Shown here: piece after piece, positions 8,030-14,005 of the stretch
Layout: each line of letters opens with the position of its first letter
Numbering within the stretch: the first letter of the stretch is position 1
Source: an uncultured Candidatus Saccharibacteria bacterium
GTDB lineage: Bacteria > Patescibacteriota > Minisyncoccia > Phycocordibacterales > UBA918
Direction: 5' to 3'
DNA: 24,353 nt
NCBI GenBank assembly: GCA_964556805.1
Contig: CAZKXF010000001.1
Span: forward strand, 1-24,353
The notes under the pieces: model-generated
Seen by the model: only the letters and a program-made list of their open reading frames with translations
Database searches by the model: none
What the model was told of the DNA's origin: nothing
Position numbers and translations under genes: made by a program

Positions 8030-9067
8030 TTATCGGATGTCGACGTTCGTAGAGAATCGGTTATTGGCAGTGCGGGTATCATCGCCGCCCGTCGCGCGTA
8101 CCTCGATGCGCTCGTCGCGATCGGACACGTTGTCAAACTGCAGGGTGATGATCTGGCGCTCGTTCGGTCGGAGACCATCCTGGCGCGATGAACTGAAGGT
8201 AAACGACGGGTCGGTAGGGAGCTCGGCGCTGAAGTACCACTCGCTTGAGGTCTTGGTACCGACGTTGCGAACCGCAAACTGCAGTGCCCCGCGCTCGCCT
8301 TCTTCGAGGTACGAGCGTTTCGTGAAGCGGTTGCCGCTGAGGGTGCCCACGCCGAGGAAGGTAACCTCGAGGTCACTGTAGCCGTTCGGATTGGAGACGG
8401 GGTACTCGGTGACCACGGTCGGCACGGTAATGTAGCCGCCTACCGGTCCCCGGCCGCCCTGGCTGCCGCCTGTTTGCGGTGCGGGCTCCTCGTTTGCTCC
8501 GCTCCCAGGAGCGGGTGAGCCGCCGGTAGTAGGTCGGTTTTCAGAGATGTCGGGGTTGACGAGGGTGATGAGGGCGCTGCGCTCGAACGAAAGATCCTTC
8601 TTATCCGCTGCAAAGCGCACGGTGTAGCGCACGTCGGTGAAGCGGTTCTTCTCCGATTCGAAGGTCACCTGCGTTCGATTCTCGTCTGCAGGCAACGTCA
8701 CCTCACTGTCACAGTCGATAGAGACGGTTGCTCCGTTGGCCCGGCGAATCTCTGCAGAGATTCCTTCGGCACACTCGTAGGAGAAGGTATACTCGCCCTC
8801 GGTGCGCAAGAGAGTCCACGAGAGCGTGATCGGTTCTCCGCTGTTGACGATGCTCTTGTCGGTTGCAACGGTAAACTCAGATTCCTCACCGCTGCGGAGA
8901 TTCTCCGCGATAGAAGCAAGCGTGCTGAACGCTGAAGGGAGGAGGCGTACGGCCTGTACGGCAAGCCATACGGCGAGCACCAGCCCTACAATAAAGCCAA
9001 TAATTGCGAGCGTTTTAATAATCGCGTTCTTTGTGTCGTTTCCGGTCGACTGATGCATATCTGGCAT
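8030..9067 (-). CDS. Membrane-anchored surface protein with Ig-like/CARDB-like domains
   Basis: 345 aa; N-terminal TM (LAIIGFIVGLVLAVWLAV), beta-sandwich-like region, Gly/Pro linker, C-terminal DLEV...FAVRNVG...NNRF pattern resembling CARDB. Domain call is by motif resemblance only. Confidence 0.7.
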   Translation of the reverse strand: MPDMHQSTGNDTKNAIIKTLAIIGFIVGLVLAVWLAVQAVRLLPSAFSTLASIAENLRSGEESEFTVATDKSIVNSGEPITLSWTLLRTEGEYTFSYECAEGISAEIRRANGATVSIDCDSEVTLPADENRTQVTFESEKNRFTDVRYTVRFAADKKDLSFERSALITLVNPDISENRPTTGGSPAPGSGANEEPAPQTGGSQGGRGPVGGYITVPTVVTEYPVSNPNGYSDLEVTFLGVGTLSGNRFTKRSYLEEGERGALQFAVRNVGTKTSSEWYFSAELPTDPSFTFSSSRQDGLRPNERQIITLQFDNVSDRDERIEVRATGGDDTRTANNRFSTNVDIR

Positions 9068-9076
9068 AGTGCGGGG

Positions 9077-9105
9077 ATGTTACCATACCCACATAGTTCT
9101 GTCAA
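9077..9105 (-). promoter_or_regulatory. Sigma70-type promoter of the 8030-9067 gene
   Basis: Minus strand TTGACA(9105-9100)-N17-TAACAT(9082-9077) with extended TGn. Confidence 0.65.
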
Positions 9106-9125
9106 GTATCCGTCCTGCACTCACC

Positions 9126-9145
9126 TTAGTACCGATTAGTACCGA
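9126..9145 (+). repeat. Tandem 10-bp direct repeat between divergent promoters
   Basis: TTAGTACCGA x2, ending 5 nt upstream of TTGACA at 9151. Confidence 0.75.
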
Positions 9146-9150
9146 GGAGA

Positions 9151-9179
9151 TTGACAAATTTATGATAATGATGTATTAT
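9151..9179 (+). promoter_or_regulatory. Sigma70-type promoter of the sortase gene
   Basis: TTGACA-N17-TATTAT. Confidence 0.7.
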
Positions 9180-9204
9180 TCCCGGCACCATTCTACCAAG
9201 CACT

Positions 9205-9846
9205 ATGCCGTACGTACCCCAGCAGGACATGTTTGATCGCATCCTTGAGCGGAAAGGGGCCTTTTTTGTGGTCTTTTTCTTTGTCTTTATGGCGACCTAC
9301 GGTGTACTCTACGCGATCGATTTCGTACCTGAGGCGCCTGCAGCGGCGGAGCCTGTTGTTGAGGTGATCGCCCAGGAGGAGCCTGCAGTAGTAGAGGAGA
9401 CGCGCTTTCCGTACCCTGAACGCATCATTATCGATTCGCTCGATCGCGAGGTGGTAGTGCAGAACCCCCAGAGTCGTACGGTGAAAGATCTCGATGCCGC
9501 TCTCCTGAAAGGCGTTGTTCGCCATCCCGATTCTGCCGATTTCGCCGATAAGGGTAACATCCTCCTCTTTGGACACTCGAGCGGCCTACCGACGGTATTC
9601 AACCAGAACTTTAAGGCATTCAATGGTATTCAGCACCTCGTGTGGGGCGACACCATTCGTCTGCAGTCTGCAGACACCGAGTACGTCTACCGCGTGCAGC
9701 GCGTGTACAAGGTGAAGGCAAGCGAAGCGGATGTGGCACTCGACAACAGCGCGCCGCGCCTCACGCTCATCACCTGCAACTCCTTTGGCACCAAGGACGA
9801 TCGTTTTGTCGTTGAGGCCGATCTCATCGAGACCCGCCCGCTCTAA
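9205..9846 (+). CDS. Sortase
   Basis: 213 aa; N-terminal TM anchor and the His-Cys-Arg triad in canonical order: FGHSS, LTLITC, DDRFVVEA. Class not assignable by eye. Confidence 0.88.
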   Translation: MPYVPQQDMFDRILERKGAFFVVFFFVFMATYGVLYAIDFVPEAPAAAEPVVEVIAQEEPAVVEETRFPYPERIIIDSLDREVVVQNPQSRTVKDLDAALLKGVVRHPDSADFADKGNILLFGHSSGLPTVFNQNFKAFNGIQHLVWGDTIRLQSADTEYVYRVQRVYKVKASEADVALDNSAPRLTLITCNSFGTKDDRFVVEADLIETRPL

Positions 9847-9891
9847 CCGCCTACGCGCACCGCGTATACGCGCGTGCTAGCATACAAAGCA

Positions 9892-11133
9892 ATGCCTAAG
9901 CTCACGAAGCGAATGCGTATAGTTCTGCTCACGATCGTGGCGCTCGTTGTGCTTTGCACTCTAGGGCTCTTTGTCGTCGGCGCACTCATTGCGCGGGAAA
10001 AAATCTGCATCGCACGGACTGGGGTCGAGCCGCCGCAGAAGCATTTTGATGATCCGTCGTCTTTTGGGGCGTTGGCAGGCGAGATTGAGAAGCGAGCGTT
10101 GGCGTCGCTCGTGGGACAGTTTGATACCACCACAGGTTTCTTTATCTACCTTGCAAACCCGAACGGCACCGTAGCATATGAGAACAACGACATCCGGCAG
10201 CTCTTGGCGTCGCGCAGCTTAGCGCTCGCAAGCAGGGAAGACGAATCGCTCTACGCGCTCCATACGCAGAACCTCGAGTCGATTATGGAGGCATGGTACC
10301 GAGAAGAGAACGGGCGGGGGTACGTATGGGTCGACGAAAAATCAAAGCTCGGCGCAAACGCACTCTTGCTGCGACTCATCGTCGCAAGTCCTGCGTTTGA
10401 AACGTACCAACCGCAGGCGCGTGCACTCGTGCGAGGCATCGAGTCGCTCGTTACCCCTGAAGGCGCCTTCCGGCCCTGGTACAAGGAGCCATCGTATAAG
10501 TACGATGCCGACTACCTTCTGACGTTCTACTCGGGCGAGGCGCTCTTGGCGCTCTTCGAGTACGCCGAGAAAACCGGAGATGCTCGCGTATTCTCGCTCG
10601 CTTCCCGCATACAAGATACGTACGTCGAGAAGTACGCAACGCGCATCGATGAAAACTACTACCCGGCGTATGTGCCCTGGCACACTCAGTCTCTTTAAAA
10701 GCTATACGAAGCAACGGGGTATATGATTTTCGCGGAGGCGATCTTCATGATGAACGACCGGGTGCTCGAGCTCCAGGACACAGAGCGTTTCGTCGGCCGT
10801 TTCTACAATCCCGATACGCCGCACTACGGCTCACCACATGGTTCCTCCGATGCGGTGTACACCGAAGGGCTCGCGTATGCCTATGAAATAGCACTTAGAG
10901 AAGGGGATACGGAGCGCTCAGAGATATACGAGCGGGCAATTGTGCTTGGCGTGCATAATCTCTCTCGATTGCAGTACGAGCCGCGCTTTTGGATACTCGA
11001 TGCGAGGGAAGCGGCAGATCGTCTTGAGGGCGGTATCATGACGCACCTCTGTAATCGATCGGTCCGCATCGACACCACCGCACACACCCTTGATGCACTA
11101 GCTAAAATAACGGCTCTGTGGAGCGCTCAGTAG
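9892..11133 (+). pseudogene. Membrane-anchored exported protein, possibly (alpha/alpha)6 six-hairpin fold, interrupted by an in-frame TAA at 10696-10698
   Basis: ORFs 9874-10698 and 10723-11133 share one frame and read through as PWHTQSL*KLYEATGYMIFAEAIFMMND. N-terminal TM; helical motifs FYSGEALLAL, SDAVYTEGL, VRIDTTAH. Fold assignment is tentative. Confidence 0.65.
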
Positions 11134-11146
11134 GCAAGCGGTGCTA

Positions 11147-11174
11147 TTGACAAAATAGTGTTTTCGTGTATAAT
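11147..11174 (+). promoter_or_regulatory. Consensus sigma70 promoter of the 11234-12858 gene pair
   Basis: TTGACA-N16-TATAAT; a leader hairpin TGATCCT-CGAC-AGGATCA follows at 11186-11203 and SD GAGGTG at 11223-11228. Confidence 0.8.
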
Positions 11175-11233
11175 TGTAGATAGAGTGATCCTCGACAGGA
11201 TCAGATAATGCAACCGCAACACGAGGTGCTCAG

Positions 11234-12211
11234 ATGCCGAAGACCCTGTTTGCCGCGCTTGTCGTGTTCGTGCTTTTCGCGAATTACGACATCAACGCTC
11301 AGCAGCGCGATAATGCGCCGCTGCAGCTCGGCCTGCAGCCGCCTGTCTCCCTGAAGCAGCGTCCGTCGACCAGTGCGTCGGGAACTTTCTTCTGGGGGCA
11401 GGACTTCCTTGCCAACCCGACCGAGCCCGTACGCCAGTACGTGCCAGTTGATCCGGCCAAAATGCCGGTGGATTGGGATCCGCGCTCCGATAAGGTGCGG
11501 ATGCTCATGGCGACGCTCAACGCGTCCATTTGCCCGCAGGGAACGAACTTCATTAACTGCTGGCAGATGTCGCCGCCGCATCCGGTCAACCCGCTGCGTC
11601 GGGCAGACTGGATGGAGGTGATGGCTATCTTCTACGAGGAGAACGGAACGATCACTAACCGTATTACGCAGGGCAAGCTGCCCCGCGACTATGGCCGCGA
11701 GCTCTTCGAGGCGAGCAAGGACCCCCGGTCCGGTGTCGTTCGGGCCGACTGCGATACTGCCTGGTTTGAGTTCACCAATATCAAGCCGGGTATGCCGCTC
11801 GGGCCGTACCCGATCGTCAACTGGGGCAACCAGCTGCGTGGATCGGAGTTCATCGACACCGTTCCGCGGCCGGAGAGCAAGCCGGGCTACGGCACGCACC
11901 AGATCATGGTAGATGTCTATCGCGGCCAGGTGCGGATCGCGCTACCGGAGGTCATTTTCACCGAGTGGTCGGCAAACCCGATCGCGCGCGTGGATGCTTT
12001 CCACAGCCGGCGCGCACTGCAGAGCCAGCGACTCCCGAAAGGAGCACCTGGACTCTACACCATCCCCGACAACGAGGACCGCGGCTACGAGAACGACTTC
12101 CGCCGCGCTCGCGCGACGGGACAGCTTCGCCTCGCAGTCCTTGTCAAGAAGGGCGAATGCCCCAGCTTCGACTATGCACGTTACCTGCAGAAGCAACCCG
12201 TAGGAGGATGA
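11234..12211 (+). CDS. Hypothetical secreted protein (Sec-type signal peptide)
   Basis: 325 aa; MPKTLFAALVVFVLFANYDINA signal-like N-terminus, SD present, four Cys; no family recognised. Confidence 0.75.
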   Translation: MPKTLFAALVVFVLFANYDINAQQRDNAPLQLGLQPPVSLKQRPSTSASGTFFWGQDFLANPTEPVRQYVPVDPAKMPVDWDPRSDKVRMLMATLNASICPQGTNFINCWQMSPPHPVNPLRRADWMEVMAIFYEENGTITNRITQGKLPRDYGRELFEASKDPRSGVVRADCDTAWFEFTNIKPGMPLGPYPIVNWGNQLRGSEFIDTVPRPESKPGYGTHQIMVDVYRGQVRIALPEVIFTEWSANPIARVDAFHSRRALQSQRLPKGAPGLYTIPDNEDRGYENDFRRARATGQLRLAVLVKKGECPSFDYARYLQKQPVGG

Positions 12212-12213
12212 GC

Positions 12214-12858
12214 ATGGATTACCACAGACGGAAGTTCCTGCAGGTCAGCGGTGCAGCGATCCTCGTAACGATCGCTGCACCGCTCGTGCATGCAGCCGAG
12301 GAAACGGTCCACGTGTGGCGTGGGCCGGTCATGGGCAGCGAGCCTTTCATCAAGCCGGCGGAGTTCGAACAGTGGGGGCCGAGCGAGGTGAAAATCCGCT
12401 CGGCCATCGACCAGCTGTCGGAGGAAGCCCTCCGACATGTCTGGAAGAAGCCGCCGGAAGAGCGAGCACAGCTTGCTGCGCAGATAAGGGAGGACAAGCA
12501 GCAGTTCCACGACGAGTTGCCGCGACTCCGAGAGCAGAAGCAGATCCTTCTCGACCGCAAGACTCCCATTCCTAAAGGGTGTCAGATCGAGGAGATGCAG
12601 CAGGGAGAGCTCTTCTTCGCCCAGCTGTATGCTGGCGGTCGGATGCTGCGCAACGTCGTCGCCGATCTGCGCGGGCTTCCAGAGAACATCTCGAACCGGG
12701 AGTTCGTGATGCTCGGCAAGGCCATGCGTCAGGTCATACCCGGGGTCTGCAAAAACTGCGGGTTTCAGATCGTCGAGAACCAAACCTCGGCGATCTGCGT
12801 GCCCATTCCGACCGGCCCGAACGTTCGGACGGTCGCAGAGGGCTTGCGGCGGGCCTGA
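12214..12858 (+). CDS. Hypothetical protein with twin-arginine (Tat-type) signal peptide
   Basis: AGGAGG (12202-12207) lies 6 nt before ATG 12214 (alternative ATG 12208 overlaps the upstream TGA). MDYHRRKFLQVSGAAILVTIAAPLVHA matches RRxFL + h-region + AxA-like site; CKNC near the C-terminus. Confidence 0.75.
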   Translation: MDYHRRKFLQVSGAAILVTIAAPLVHAAEETVHVWRGPVMGSEPFIKPAEFEQWGPSEVKIRSAIDQLSEEALRHVWKKPPEERAQLAAQIREDKQQFHDELPRLREQKQILLDRKTPIPKGCQIEEMQQGELFFAQLYAGGRMLRNVVADLRGLPENISNREFVMLGKAMRQVIPGVCKNCGFQIVENQTSAICVPIPTGPNVRTVAEGLRRA

Positions 12859-12901
12859 TTCTGTAAACCTAGACAAAAGGGAAGGGAGGTGTAGTATCTC
12901 G

Positions 12902-12935
12902 ACAGGGGGATCGCGCAAGCGAACCCCCTGTTTTT
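12902..12935 (+). terminator. Intrinsic terminator
   Basis: ACAGGGGG-A-TCGC-GCAA-GCGA-A-CCCCCTGT followed by T tract; GNRA loop. Confidence 0.85.
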
Positions 12936-12941
12936 AATGTA

Positions 12942-12969
12942 TTGACAAAATATTATTTTGTGCTATGCT
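12942..12969 (+). promoter_or_regulatory. Sigma70 promoter with overlapping palindrome (candidate operator)
   Basis: TTGACA-N16-TATGCT with extended TGn; perfect 8-1-8 inverted repeat ACAAAATA-T-TATTTTGT at 12945-12961. Confidence 0.75.
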
Positions 12970-13074
12970 TGCACATAGGAAGAGGTATTGGCAGGGTGCC
13001 TTGAAATACTCTCCCAATACCTCTCTCTGAGTGCAGAGAGCGCTCTTCGACTCAACCAAAAGGAAGGAATCACC

Positions 13075-13824
13075 ATGCTCAACCCGATTCTCATCGCGAG
13101 CGCCTTGTGCGTCCTGTTGAATGCGTGCGGCGGCAACTCCGGCATGGTCTCTGGCCAGTCGGTCCCGGCGTCCCCGACGGTCGCCGCTTACAAGCCTGGC
13201 GACAAGGTTGTCTACAACGAGCAGATGGCCCTCCATCTCGAGCCCTTCCTGGCTCCCAACCTCCCGGTCACCCGGGCGATGTTGGAGGGCCGGGACAATC
13301 CGGTCATGCAGAAGAAGAAGGAGATTCGAGCGCGGGACGGGAAGGCTTCGACCTACAAGGAGGACTATCCCGAAGCAAGGGCGTACGACGTCTTTGACGC
13401 CATCGTGGTGCCGCAGTTCAAGCATCTCGGCGTGCATTTCCTGCCGGGCGGCCGGAACGGATGCGTCTTCGATGTCATCCTGCATGACGTCAATCCGGCA
13501 GCCTTCGGCCCGGTGATGGTGCTCGACAAGCACGATCGCTTCACGGGCGGCATGCTCACACCGCATCCGCACTCGTCGCGCAGCGTGCGCTACGAGAACC
13601 TCAAGATCATGGAGGCGGCGCCGATCGTGCTGCCGAAGGGTCGCGGTGTCTACGGGGAGAATCCGGCAGCGGAGTTCGTCGTGAAGGCAGGTTCGACCTG
13701 CCGGATAAAGAACCCCGGCTCGGACGGCAAGCACCTCATGGTGTCGATGCGGCATCGCCTCGACAACAAGGGGCAGCTCGTCGCCATTCTCATCGACGAG
13801 AGCGCGAGCCTCGCCAGCCAGTAG
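13075..13824 (+). CDS. Hypothetical lipoprotein
   Basis: 249 aa from ATG 13075 (SD AAGGAAGGA upstream); MLNPILIASALCVLLNAC-GGNSG has a lipobox-like LNAC followed by a Gly/Ser/Pro tether. Confidence 0.7.
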   Translation: MLNPILIASALCVLLNACGGNSGMVSGQSVPASPTVAAYKPGDKVVYNEQMALHLEPFLAPNLPVTRAMLEGRDNPVMQKKKEIRARDGKASTYKEDYPEARAYDVFDAIVVPQFKHLGVHFLPGGRNGCVFDVILHDVNPAAFGPVMVLDKHDRFTGGMLTPHPHSSRSVRYENLKIMEAAPIVLPKGRGVYGENPAAEFVVKAGSTCRIKNPGSDGKHLMVSMRHRLDNKGQLVAILIDESASLASQ

Positions 13825-13840
13825 GGTTCGGCTGAAGGAA

Positions 13841-13875
13841 GGGAAGCGAGCAGGAGGCTCGCTTCCCACCCCCTT
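13841..13875 (+). terminator. Terminator-like hairpin after the lipoprotein gene
   Basis: GGGAAGCGAGC-AGGAG-GCTCGCTTCCC (11 bp); the downstream T tract is displaced and imperfect. Confidence 0.6.
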
Positions 13876-14005
13876 ACTTTCTTTGGTTGTACTGAAAGAT
13901 TGTTGAGAAGCGTTATCGTGGCAATGTATGCATTGCCACTATGTGCTTCTTTGCAAACGCAAAGAGGGTGTAAGAATTATTAAATTTATTGGAGGTTATT
14001 ACAGT

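Noticed and set aside
9857-9877. Palindrome CGCGTATACGCG between sortase and the next gene
   Set aside because: Short, built from CG-rich alternating sequence common in this genome, no T tract and no second copy seen.
12745-12765. CKNC as a c-type heme-binding motif
   Set aside because: It reads CKNCG; the His of CxxCH is missing.
11191-12909. CTCGACAGG shared by the 11186 leader hairpin and the 12902 terminator flank
   Set aside because: A 9-nt match in different structural contexts is compatible with chance.
11134-13900. Integron cassette array, prophage or IS as the origin of the accessory block
   Set aside because: No attC-like RYYYAAC...GTTRRRY sites, integrase, transposase, terminal repeats or phage genes were found.
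13928-14005. Upstream starts in the ORF track (13928, 12988, 11965, 17949, 21363, 2675)
   Set aside because: They lie in promoters, leaders, terminators or upstream genes; downstream ATGs fit SD or -10 spacing and the expected N-termini better.
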